Positions 1-11,946 of a DNA stretch of 64,000 nt are shown here, piece by piece. A program made the position numbers and the translations under genes. The notes below the pieces were generated by a model that saw only the letters and a program-made list of their open reading frames with translations, ran no database searches and was not told where the DNA came from. Every line of letters starts with the position of its first letter. Position 1 is the stretch's first letter. The stretch is from the NCBI GenBank assembly GCA_002633005.1, contig NMRA01000333.1:405126-469125 (forward strand), given 5' to 3'. This DNA comes from Phoronis australis (taxonomy: Eukaryota; Animalia; Phoronida).

Positions 1-295
1 GTGGAGGGCTATAGCCCCCCCCAACCCCATATGGTGCGCCGCCCACGCTTAAGCGGCTGTAATGGGTAAGGTGTCGGTTGATTCCCACATTTTGCATGCA
101 CACCGTCCGGTGTTTAACTTTACATGTTCATACAAGTTTCGTGGCGAGGTGATGAACTATCCTGGTTGTGTTCAATTTCGGGGTCTATGGAAGATTAACA
201 CATGTAGAGCTTAGTGGCACCTAGCTGTATTTTGAGATAGCCTTCGTACAGCTAGCTGGCTGGCTATGAACACCCAAACTCAAACAAGGGTCTAT

Positions 296-2051
296 AACAA
301 GAGCAACACGGAGCGTTGAAATGTGCTCACGAATGCATTGCAAATGGTGTGCTTTTAGGGTTATTTATTTTTATCATAAAAATGGCCACTAGATGGCGCA
401 AAAATGTACAATCTATCCAAAAACAGGAACATGCCATTTCATAAAAATGTGTCAAGGAACTTCAGTGAAACAAAAGAAAACAGAATAAAATGAAATTGCC
501 ACTAGTAGGCACAGCATCCGTTGGATTCAGATGAAAGTCGTTGTCGTCTGTTGTTATCTTCATATAAATACACTTACAAAATTTGATAAAGATCCTCCAG
601 TGGAAATAGGAGATACAACTATGGGCACAAAACAAAACTAGGAGGCGCCACAGTAGTTAGTCGCCATCATCAAACTTCCTCTTCACACTGAGAACATATA
701 CGCCAATTTTCAAAGCCATCGGATGGCTTTGAAAATTGGCGTATATTCCCTAGAATGATTTGGTTGATACAGGGGTAGACACCAAAAACAAGATTTGAAA
801 ACAGAAAAAATGGCCACTAGGTGGCGCAAAATATCTTGACTCCATCCAAAAACAGGAAAATAGCGTCACCTCACCAATAGATGCCTATATTTAAAATTTT
901 ATGAAAATCTGTTGAGGACTTTTGAAGATACAGAGTTAAACGTAAAAACTAAAATTGCCACTAGGGGGCACACCAGTAGTCAGATCTCTCCGAAAGTCGT
1001 GGTCGTTCGTAGTCAACATCATATAAATACACTTGCTAAATGAAGTAAAGATCCTGCAAACAGTTTAGGAGATACAGCCATGAGCGCAAAAAACAAAACT
1101 GCCACTAGGAGGCGCCCCAGTAGACGAAGTCATCAGAAAATCATCGTCAGCCGTCCACTTTATAGTAAAAACATACATGCCAATTTTCACAAATTATCCT
1201 GAAAACGGTTTGGATGATAGATGAGTGGACACCAAAAAAACAGACTTGAAAACAGTAAAAATGGCCACTAGGTGGCGCAAACAAGATCGAATTCATTTGA
1301 AAACGGAGCGATAGCGTCACCTCATTAACAGATGACAGTATGCCAAATTTTATGAAAATACATTGAGTACCTTTGAAGAAACAGAGGTAAACATAAAAAT
1401 AAAATTGTCACTAGGTGGCTAGGTGGCACAACAGTAATCAGATCTGTCCGAAAGCCGACGTCGTCCATTGTAACATGATATAAATATACTTACTAAATTT
1501 CGTACAGATCCTGCATTCGGTTTAGGAGACACAGCCATAGGCGCAAAAAAACAAAACTGCCACTAGGAGGCGCCACAGTAATCAAAGTCATCGGAAAATC
1601 ATCAACGGACATCAACTTCATAGTAAGAACATACATGCCAATTTTCACAATCATCTTTAGAGCGGTTTGGCTGATAGAGGGGTGGATGCAAAAATACTCG
1701 AAAATAGTAAAAACGGCCACTAGGTGGCGCACACTACGTTGAATCCATCCGAAAATGAGAGGATCGCGTTACCTCACAAATAGGTACCCACATACCAAAT
1801 TTCATTAAAATCCGTTAAGGACTTTTGAAGATACAGAGGTAAACATAAAAAAATAAAATTGCCACTAGGGGACACACCAGTTGTCGGAGCCGTCCGAAAA
1901 TTCGCTCATGCCATCCCACCCATGTAAGGAAGGCATCTGAAAAATTTCCTGAACATACGTCAAGTCAAGGGGTTTTGGAGATAGAGCAGTGAACCTGGGA
2001 CGGAGATGACGGCATAATGCGTCCACATATAAATATGTGGGCACATGAAAA
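296..2051 (-). mobile_element. Non-autonomous Helentron-associated (HINE/DINE-like) element, copy 1, with internal subunit array
   Basis: Reverse-complement match to 39771-41046 and 45334-46608 at both ends (caagagcaac..gaatgcattgcaaat at 298-345; tgcgtccacatat..atgtgggcacat at 2018-2046). Internal ~145-160 bp subunits, each with a (gcc)actagRNggc motif; 11 motifs. Confidence 0.75.
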
Positions 2052-2173
2052 GCAATGCTTGTACACTAGTCTTCTACCTTATTCTTGAAATGACAACAAA
2101 AGTACTGATATAACTTCCATATACATCCTTCCTACAGTGAAAATGACCTGATACCCAGTCAGCACACTACATA

Positions 2174-2398
2174 GACGTCATCAGCTGAATCCTGTTCAAA
2201 GTAAACTTAAACAACCACTAGATGGCGTATGCAATACTAAGCGCCACCTTTTGTTCAAATAGAAAAAAGCAGGAAATGAAACGAACAGACAGTGGAAAAT
2301 CCTAACTCTGATTGAGAAATCAGAAAAGGCTGAGATTTAGAGAACAGAAAAAGCAGAGACAATAGTGTGGTGAATTAATGTTTAATAATCAGGTATGT
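2174..2398 (+). promoter_or_regulatory. Candidate promoter/non-coding first exon of the TRIM gene
   Basis: CRE-like gacgtca 2174, CTCF-like ccactagatggcg 2215, IRF/ISRE-like ggaaatgaaac 2272, kB-like tggaaaatcc 2293, donor cag|gtatgt at 2393. The first coding exon (5276) has an acceptor and an in-frame stop before its ATG, so a 5'UTR exon is expected upstream. Confidence 0.35.
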
Positions 2399-2485
2399 GC
2401 TGAAGAAAACTGTTATTGAAGTCATTTCGTTTATTTTATATCTTTGCATTGTAAATGCTTCTAAATAGAAACCGAAACTTAAATG

Positions 2486-3155
2486 CACAGGCGTCCTCAG
2501 CTTCTGATCGTCCCCAATACACTACATATAATACTACAAGGTATGACACTTCCGACCAGAAATTCCACGGGTGCTTCACTTCAGCCGTCCATAGCAAACA
2601 TAAAACTCAATAAATTTACACAATACAGAGGTTCAACAAACCATGAAGAATTGTTCTTTCTCCCAATACCATTCACGGTGTCCTGTTCCGGCGACTTCGT
2701 AAGAAATTCGCAGTCAAAGAACAAAAATGTTCACAAAAAGCCCCCACACACGTCCTCCCTGGGCCTGTCGAGGTCAAGGACGGTACGGAAATTGCCGGTG
2801 AGTTACGGAAGTAGCGACATCGTGACTTTACGCGACAAAGCGGCAATTTCCATACCGTCCTTGACCTCGATGGGCCCAGGGAGGAAGTGTGTGGGGGCTT
2901 TTTGTGAACATTTTTGTTCTTTGACTGCGAATTTCTTATGAAGTCGCCGTAACAGGACACTGTGAATGGTATTGGGAGAAAGAACAATTCTTCATGGTTT
3001 GTTGAACCCCTGTTTAGTGTAAATTTATTGAGTTTCATGTTTGCTATGGACGGCTGAAGTGAAGCACCCATGGAATTTCTAGTCGGGAGTGTCATACCTT
3101 GTAGTATTATTATATGTAGTGTATTGGGGACGATCAGAAGCTGAGGACGCCTGTG
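2486..3155. mobile_element. Foldback/MITE with ~310-bp inverted arms and CAC...GTG termini
   Basis: cacaggcgtcctcagcttctgatcg at 2486 and its reverse complement ending at 3155; near-identical mirror ORFs 2483+ and 3161-. No TSD recognised. Confidence 0.8.
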
Positions 3156-3193
3156 ATTCACATCAGCTTAGTACTAAACTAGGTCAACCCAGC

Positions 3194-3550
3194 CACAGGC
3201 GTCCTCAGCTTCTGATCGTCCTAATACACTATATATAATACTACAAGGTATGACAGTCCCGACTAGAAATTCCACGGGTGCTTCACTTCAGCCGTCCATA
3301 GCAAACATAAAACTCAATAAATTTGCACAAAACAGAGGTTCAACAAACCATGAGGAATTGTTCTTTCTCCCAATACCATTTACGGTGTCCTGCTCCACCG
3401 AGTTTGCAAGAAATTCGCGGTCAAAGAAAAAAATCTTCCCAAAAAGCCCGTCCGGAGCAACTCCTTGGTCCCACGTGCAGGGTATGGAATTATCCGAGGA
3501 GTTACAGAGGTACGGCAATTGCCGATTCATCACGGAAAGTCATGGCATTG
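3194..3550 (+). mobile_element. Third (truncated) arm of the same foldback family
   Basis: cacaggcgtcctcagcttctgatcg at 3194, colinear with 2486-2745, then diverges; abuts the Kolobok fragment. Confidence 0.75.
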
Positions 3551-3556
3551 ATAACT

Positions 3557-4638
3557 CTAAGTCGGTATTGAGATTTAACATGTTGACGTTTATTACTGTG
3601 TATTCTGTTTCCAAGTGAATTATTCTCACCCTAACCAATGCTTATATAAAAGTGAAACAAAGTCTGTCTCATTAGATACAATTTGTAATGCCTTTGGAGT
3701 GTTCGTGAGTGCAAATGTTTTGAGAAGCCAGCAATGAATAAATCACTGCGTTACTGGCATTAGGTGCAATAAAGCTAAGCACCGAGGCCATGTGAGCGCG
3801 TGACAATTCTGATCAGTGTTTGCTGATAGAATGCTGTTGCGAAACAATAACTCGATTTTATATCAGATTTAGGGGAATCTTTATTTAGATATACATCTAC
3901 ATTATTTGAATCATTGTTACTAGACAACTTTTGCCTGACGGTTCTATGGGAGGGGAACCTGACTTCAGGGCTACCAACGAGTAAGTGAATTTGCAGTGTC
4001 GCAGCTAATTCACCAAAATAATCAAGCACATTATTTCTTTGGCTCACTAACATAGTCTTTTCGAGACTAGACGTTGGCTGGCTTATGTTCGTGATGTCAT
4101 CAGTCTGGCCGTGATGGGACCTGATCAGGTTCCGAGTCAATGTCCGGGATTGCAAGTGTTTTGTGTGTTTAGAACTGAAAAAAATCTAGTCTAGTCTTAC
4201 AACACACAGCTATGTGCTTCTGTCTGTATTTCACGGATGAATTTATTACCGAACAGACCCCAAACTCCCGCGACAGCCCTTGGTAAATTGGCCTACCGAA
4301 CTCTGTAGGCTATCATGCTACATTCAAATACCTATAAATCTGTAACAGTGAAATAAAGCAACACATTTGTTCAAGAACTCAATGTATTGTAAGGGTTTTA
4401 CATCAAATTTTGATGATTTATTGGTGTAAAACGATGAATTCAAGCGATAAGCTGACACCACTAAGCGTGTTGTGAACTGCTGAACAGACTGCATTCGAAT
4501 CTCTGACGTCATTAGTTAATTTCAATACCTCAGTCTGCCATCAGGTGTCAGGTAAAAGAGCTGTACTTGCTGTTATCGAGTGGAACTACTCAATCTAAAT
4601 GGATACAAGATAGGTTGTTTATTGGCTGGCATTCTCCT
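3557..4638 (-). mobile_element. Truncated Kolobok-type element (left half, inverted)
   Basis: Reverse complement of ~11947-13040; ends in TIR ...ttggctggcattctcct at 4638. Confidence 0.75.
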
Positions 4639-5287
4639 ATAAACTGTTAGAAAGCTTGGAAAAGTCGAGTCTATACCTTTAAGATAACTTTTTGTTACAT
4701 GCCGGATAGTACAAAAATGCTATGTTTTTGTTCCTGATATAAAACAATATTATGTTTTACATGACTTGTCTAGAAATTCTTTTATGAGCAAACCACCTGC
4801 ACAAAGAAAAAGAGATGACCTGTACAAATACTATCCAGGGGTGCACATGCACAAAAGCAAGACCTTACTCAGTACTTCAACAGCAGGCTTTGTTTTGAAC
4901 AGTGACATCTAGTGGTCAATGATAATTACTACCTAGAAGATTATAATAAATTAAAGAGAAGCCATGCTATATGCAAATGGCTGGTGGAACAGTTTAAAAA
5001 GAAAACAAAACATTCAGAGACACTTGTGACAATGTTTCCAGTAAAGGATAATAAAAAATATTTTTCCTATGACAAAATCAACAGAACAGATTGAAAATGA
5101 TGTAATTAAAAGGTATTGCCGCAAAAAACAGTATTTCATCTGTACGTTCGATGTAAAGATGGACAATGAATCTCATGACAGATTTGTATTCTTTGCACGT
5201 CTACCTTTTCAAAAAACACATTGTTTATGGACACTTGGCTATTATTTCTGGAATGAAGATTGTTTTCTTCTACAGAATTAGACCCCA

Positions 5288-8200
5288 ATGCCACAAATGA
5301 GCAGACAGGACGGACCACAAGGGCCCGAGTTGGCAGCCCTGATGAGTCCAGGAACACGTGTTGTGAGAGGAAAAGACTGGTGCTGGAGGGACCAGGTAGC
5401 ATCGCTGTCTTTGTTTCACGTAGTAATTATAAAGTAAACCATGGGAATGTTCAAAGAGTCACTAAATTTTCAATGTATTGATTTAGAGTACCTTCTCGTT
5501 CAATACCATAATGGCATTGTTCACTTCAGTATTCAACACAGTACCGGCATTATGTGGCCGCAACATTGGAATACGTGTATTGTCCTGTCTCATCAATCAA
5601 CGGGACTGCTTAAAATTTTGCACAGTTTTCCACAATGTTGCAGAGTTGAGTTTGAAATAGTAACGAGTGTCACCAACAATAATAAATTTTAACTCAAAGA
5701 ACATTTTTATTCATTACTGCAAACAGGATCTGGAACAACTCATGCAAAATGGACAATAAGTAGGTTTTGTAGCATGGTAAAAATTTCATGAAAAGCTCTT
5801 TGTCTATGAAACATTGTTTGCCTTACAGGATGGCGGTGAAGGCCGGATTGGTACAGTGGTGATTTCTAGGCAACAGTTAAGCACTGGGTGGACTGCTGTT
5901 ACTTGGGATGCTGATCCATTGCAAACTAACAGTTACCGAATGGGAATACAGGGAATGTATGACCTCCAGCTAGCTCCACCTGTTGCCAATAAAACAGTCC
6001 AGGACAGAGATAATGAAGCAACTACACCTGGTAAGCAGGCCTTCATGCAGCGTACATCCTGCACTAATCTGGACCTCCTGGTAAGGATGCCCAATGTATC
6101 ATTTGGACGTCCACTGTCAATCAGAATTTCTCCAGTTTGGACACCCACATTGTAAGATTAAAGATGGGTGATAATTAACAGAGTAGTTGTCCCTTTCAAC
6201 TATGAAAGAATATTCAATGTATATAAAATGTTACAATGTTCAAACTATTTAGAGAACCTGTCAATCATTAGCACACCCACATTGTACAATTAAAGATGGG
6301 CAATGGTTTAACAGAGTAGTCCCTTTCAACTGGGAAAGAATATACAATATACAAATGTTGCAATGTTCAAACTATTTAGAGGACCTGTCTGGTTGCCAGA
6401 GTGTATACCCAGCAGTATCTGCTTTCAGTGGTCTTCTTTTAAACTGCAATTCAGTACTTTATATAGGGACATGGACTTTTGTTAACTCCAACCTGGTGTT
6501 TTAGAGTTGTAGTTTCATGTTTTCATCTTTTTAAAAAAACATCAAAAGCGAAATAAATGTCATTATTTTAATAATATATTGTGCCACAAGAATATCCTCA
6601 TTAAGAATGTTTAAGTTTACGCCCGTTTCATGCTTTTCTATGTGCATCTTAATATGGAGCAGCAGTGACACCTGTTGCCAAAATATAAACCACACATCAT
6701 CTGTGTATTTTTCTTGTGTTGTTAACTGCGGCTTTGAGGACTCATTGTACAGAATATAAAGCTAGTTAAGATGATATGATAAACTTTATAACAGCAATTT
6801 GACTTGAGATCTCCAAAAACAATGCAATCATCATACAACCAATATCTGTAATACCTGTTTGGTAAGCTGTTTGGCTGTTTTCTAAATTTAGACATAAAAG
6901 TGTTGATCCATACAGGTTTTTTTTAGTAAAAAAACTCACTACAAGGGAGCTCTTTTGGTAAACTAAGAAGTAAAAGCTTTGTTCTACACCCTTTTTGGGA
7001 AAAAAATTGTGTGTGTGTGTGTGTGTGTGTGTGTNTGGATAAAGCCCTGCTGGTAAGCATATCACAATGGCCATGATACCAGTGCTGCCACCTTGTACAA
7101 AATAAAACAATGAAAACAGTACACTGGCATCAACCTTTTCAGTTTAGCACAGCTTTATGTTGAGTGGCCTTACAATTCTATTATGCCCTTAGTAACTTGT
7201 GTGTACTTTATGCACAAGACAATTCACATTTACAAAAATAACGGAAACATATGGAAGATTAATGGAGACTTCTGTCGCTTATGCTCGATTTCATAACTAA
7301 AGACTTGTACTGTTATATGTGTTGATACAAGTGCTGTGCAGGCATGTCGTCGCTGATTACCTGTTTTAGCAAGAAACATTGACTCATAGGAACAAATGTT
7401 ACCTGTCTTGCCACAACAGAAAATCACAATAAGGTCATTGCAAATGAGTTACACCATCTAAACTATGAATTATGAAACACATATTCAGCTCCATCTGTGT
7501 GAGAATATATACACTAGTATTGGGGCACCATAGCAAATGGTATTTATCAAATTTGTGGTGACAGATCTTCTAATGCAACACTATTTTCGTGAATGATCAA
7601 AAATACAACTTCAAAGTAGCTTTAGTTAAAGTAGCTTCAGTTAATCAGTTTGTTCCAGTTTCCAAATTAGTTAATATTAACAGTTGTTTTTAAACCTCTA
7701 TAGGTGGAGGGGCAGCCAAACAGATATTTGAAGAAACTGAACTCAAAGAAACAATTGTTGAGAATGTGTTGGAGTGTGCCCTGTGTTTGGACACCTTCAA
7801 TGAACCACGGTCTCTGCCATGCCAGCACAGTTTTTGCAAGGACTGTCTTCAGACAGACATAGATAAAAGGGCAAAGAATGGTACATACATCTGTCCAACC
7901 TGTCGTAGACCAGTAAGATGTGGTGCAGATGGGGCAGACCGCTTTCCAAGAAATTACGCACTTGACAGACTCATCGACATCATTCAGCTGTGCAGTGGCA
8001 AAACAAAGCAATGTGAAGTTTGCAAACAAGATGGGAAAGATGAAAAAGCCATGTTCCGCTGTTTCGACTGCAGCGAAATGCTCTGCGAAAGTTGTAGAAA
8101 CATGCACAAGAAATTCAAAGTCAGCGCCGACCACACTGTTCTCAGCCTTGCGGATATTAAAGATGGGAAGTGCACAGATACCATCCGCACTCTCCAAGTG

Positions 8201-9616
8201 GAAGCGTGCCCAGAGCACAAGACAATCACCAGTTACTATTGCAAGGAATGCGATCGTCTCATATGTGTGGACTGTATCAATATCGGCAAGTGCAAGCATG
8301 TGGATGGGCGGAGAACAGTTGGAGAGGCGAGAGATGTTACCAAGGTGGAGCTTGAACATGAGTGCTTAAAACTGAGACAGACAATTGAGAACCACGAACA
8401 AGTTAAGGAAAAAGCCAACCAATGCTGCAGAGACATGAACACTTCTTTGGAAGAGTACAAGAAATGTTTGACCAATTATGTGGAGAGCATCAAGTCAGAA
8501 CTAGATACGTCTGCAGAGACACATATGAAACATATTGAAGCTCAGTACAAATCACGTCTTCATGAACTGGAGGTATTCAGAGCAGGAATACAAGAAAACA
8601 TGAAGACGCTGCAAAATACCATCAACCAGAGTGAAAAGGTGCTGAAGATTGCTAACATTTCAGAGATGTTAACGTACAAGAAGTGCTTTCTGGTTAGTGC
8701 AGATGACACTGAACAGAATATGCCAAGACCATTGAATGCCAAGTTTGTTCCAAACAAAGAATTCACATTGATTACGATGAAAGATGCTAGCCACATGATT
8801 GGATTTGGAACATGCTTTGAAGAGTTATGGTCTCACAGTGTAGAGCATGAGGCTGGGGAGGTCGCCCCTCTAGTTGTTGGTCTCTGTGTGCTTCCAGGAA
8901 GTTCCCACGTTGTTCTTGTTGACAGAAATAGGCACCGACTTGTGATGCTGGATGAAAATGGTGCCTACAAATCTTCGTGCAACAGCAACTTGAAATTTCC
9001 ATGGGGATGTACAACAACAAAGGACGGTGAAATAATGGTGAGACAACAGGACAGAAGAACACTGCAGATGTTGAGCTGGTCTGAAGAGAACGGTTGGAAA
9101 GTAACAAATGTAGTGAGGACAGAGATAAACACTTTGGGACTAGGCATCACTAGCAACAACAACCTCGTCATATCCAGCTTTGATCCTCCTGCTCTACATA
9201 TCATTACACAAACAGGTAAGGTACTGACAAGAGTAAACAACAATGGCGGAGACTTGATTGTCGATCCAAGATTTGTTACGCTTAACAGCAAAGGTCATAT
9301 CATTTTCACTGACTGGAAGCTGAACTGTGTAAGCATGTTGGACAAGAGAGATAAAGTGGTCCACCAGTACGCACCTCGCTACCCTGACCTTTCTGAACCA
9401 CAAGGGATATGCACAGATGACGAAGACTTCATCTACGTCTGTGACAGGGGAAACAACAGAGTGGTGCAGCTCTACCCAGACGGCGTTTTCTTTAGAGTCT
9501 GCTTACCAGCAAACACCATCGAAGAGCCCATGGCTATTGCGTTTGACAGAGAGAAGAACAGATTCATAGTGGCTAACAAGAAAGGCCTGGTCAAAGCATT
9601 TAGATTCAAACTTTAA
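5288..9616 (+). CDS. MIB/HERC2-domain + TRIM-NHL (RING, 2 B-boxes, coiled coil, NHL repeats) E3 ligase, 740 aa; exons 5288-5395, 5829-6030, 7704-9616
   Basis: Exons 1+2 read [46 protein letters not shown]...[25 protein letters not shown] (MIB/HERC2 signature). Phase-0 and phase-1 GT-AG introns join in frame to the 7766-9616 ORF (C3HC4 RING CALC..CQHSFC..C..CPTC; B-boxes; NHL motifs PQGICTDDEDFIYVCDRGNNRV). That ORF has no ATG before the RING. Confidence 0.8.
6143..6388. repeat. ~131-bp direct duplication
   Basis: cacccacattgta...aaactatttagag.acctgtc occurs at 6143 and 6274. Confidence 0.8.
7007..7035. repeat. (GT)n microsatellite ending at an N
   Basis: Directly visible. Confidence 0.95.
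7704..9616 (+). CDS. Single large terminal exon encoding the whole TRIM-NHL (TRIM2/3/71-like) module
   Basis: 616-aa ORF in the track; acceptor ctatag|gt at 7703/7704; stop taa 9614-9616. Confidence 0.93.
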
Positions 9617-11056
9617 AGATCAAAAGTTTCCATGGTCTATGTTACAGGTAGATACTCGAGATTCAGTAATTGAAGACCATCGTATTCACACACTCTCATA
9701 CTGTAATCATTACGATTAATGGCCATAATCAGCTAACCGTATATTCCAAGCCGGTGCTTTGGATAAATGCCCATACCTGACTTCAAATCTTCTTTTTTAA
9801 TAACAGTCAGCTTAAAGTCCTCCCTGAGTTTTTCTAATTAAAGAAATGCAGTTGCCATACTCACAGTCTGTGTAATGTGACTCGATGTACATTTGCTAAC
9901 AACTTACTATTCTACAAGTCACATGCCAATTATACTTGATGAATGTTCACTGACTGGGTTGATCATGACATGTTTGACAGTGTTTATTTGTCTGTTGCAA
10001 TGAACTCTTTTGTAAATATACAATTAGTTCATTTTTTGTAAAACATAAATGTTGGGTTATTGGGAAATTTCAATGAGAAGTAGAAGTGTAACAAGACAAC
10101 ATGAGACTTGCTTGACTATGAATCTGCATGTTCAAAGTTCATTTGCATTAGCATAAATTTAGGAGATTTCTATTAACCTATCAGTAATCTATGTGTGAAT
10201 TAAACTCAATGAACTGACTGTGCATATATTAACTAATGTGACTGCTAATGCTGTTTTCAGTTAACATCAAGTGTCAATGCTGTGAAATGTGTACTAAATT
10301 AAGATAATGTAATACACGATCATGAGAAAATACACATATAAAAATACCAGCATGTTGTCTATCATATTAAATTAAATTACACCACACACTTTTGCACTGC
10401 ATTTTGCAGCAGCAGAGAACATTCTAGGGCTCAGTCCGTAAAGCTCGCCAGACACTTGTCTCTAATTTTCTCCTGCAGCCAACATTTACTTGAGTGGAAG
10501 CCATTTTATTTTACTGAGAATACTAGACTTCTGTAATGCACTCTTAATTGGCACTTATAAAGTCCATGTCTTGAGAGTCTTTGACACTTACAACAGTGAA
10601 AGTTATGAGCCAAAAAGATGAAATGTACACACCATATGTTATGACTTGTTTTGAGTTGCAATTTTTGGTATTTCAAATTATCACAACAATTATGTGTCCA
10701 AGTTTACCAAATTACAGGAGGTACACTGACGCTAAGGTATTCAAACTTCAGGTGACTTTGCTGTCCTAAACGTGACGATGGATATCACCCAGCTATAACG
10801 TCATGTGTTGATGATTAACACTGAACCATATATTTATAACAATTTAAAACATTTTCGTATTAATTTAATGGATGTGGTCAAAAAAACTAAAGAGTGCATT
10901 TGATCAGAACAGCCAAGTGCAAAATAAAGAGAGACAATAGAAGGTGATTTAGGGGTAACACTTTTAGTTACAACTTGTAAGACCACTACTATATACTGCA
11001 AGCCAACTTCACTTTATTTATAAGTAATAATATTTATAGTTACTTGTAGTACAAAG

Positions 11057-11706
11057 AAGTTAACATAAATTCTAACTTAACTAAAGTGTCAATAACATAA
11101 ATTCTCAGTTAAATAACTAAAGTATCAATAAGTTAACATAAATTCGAAGTTAAATAACTAAAGTGTCAATAAGTTAACATAAATTCTAAGTTAAATAACT
11201 AAAGTGTCAATAAGTTAACATAAATTCTAAGTTACATAACTAAAGTGTCAATAAGTTAACATAAATTCTAACTTACATAACTAAAGTGTCAATAAGTTAA
11301 CATAAATTCTAACTTACATAATTAAAGTGTCAATAAGTTAACATAAATTCTAACTTACATAACTAAAGTGTCAATAAGTTAACATAAATTCTAACTTACA
11401 TAACTAAAGTGTCAATAAGTTAACATAAATTCTAAGTTACATAATTAAAGTGTCAATAAGTTAACATAAATTCTAAGTTACATAACTAAAGTGTCAATAA
11501 GTTAACATAAATTGTAACTTACATAATTAAAGTGTCAATAAGTTAACATAAATTCTAACTTACATAATTAAAGTGTCAATAAGTTAACATAAATTCTAAG
11601 TTACATAACTAAAGTGTCAATAAGTTAACATAAATTCTAACTTACATAATTAAAGTGTCAATAAGTTAACATAAATTCTAACTTACATAATTAAAGTGTC
11701 AATAAG
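11057..11706. repeat. 41-bp minisatellite, ~16 copies
   Basis: Unit taactaaagtgtcaataagttaacataaattctaa(g/c)ttaca; period 41 (11163, 11204). Confidence 0.95.
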
Positions 11707-11737
11707 ACTGCCTTGTGTCAAAGGAAGCATCATCATT

Positions 11738-11862
11738 ACAATTAGTTCTCTTACTGCAGTTATAAAACACGTCTCAACACGACCCTTATTCACAACACAA
11801 CAATTAGTTCTCTTACTGCAGTTATAAAACACGTCTCAACACGACCCTTATTCACAACACAA
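11738..11862. repeat. ~62-bp tandem duplication
   Basis: acaattagttctcttactgcagttataaaacacgtctcaacacgacccttattcacaacacaa twice. Confidence 0.9.
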
Positions 11863-11946
11863 GGATTTTTAGTCTTGCAAAAAATGACGATTATTGCAAA
11901 TAAAATGACACGTGGTGCTATGACAACTTGTAGAACCTCGCCTTAA

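Noticed and set aside
2483-3618. Three similar 122-162 aa ORFs resembling a gene family or toxin-antitoxin pair
   Set aside because: They are the arms of a foldback repeat; no domain or splice support.
4780-5270. Short Lys-rich ORFs (4912-5094, 5069-5281)
   Set aside because: No family recognised and frames discontinuous; possibly a decayed TE but unsupported.
7667-9403. Antisense and alternate-frame ORFs over the TRIM exon
   Set aside because: Shadow frames of a real CDS with no recognisable motifs.
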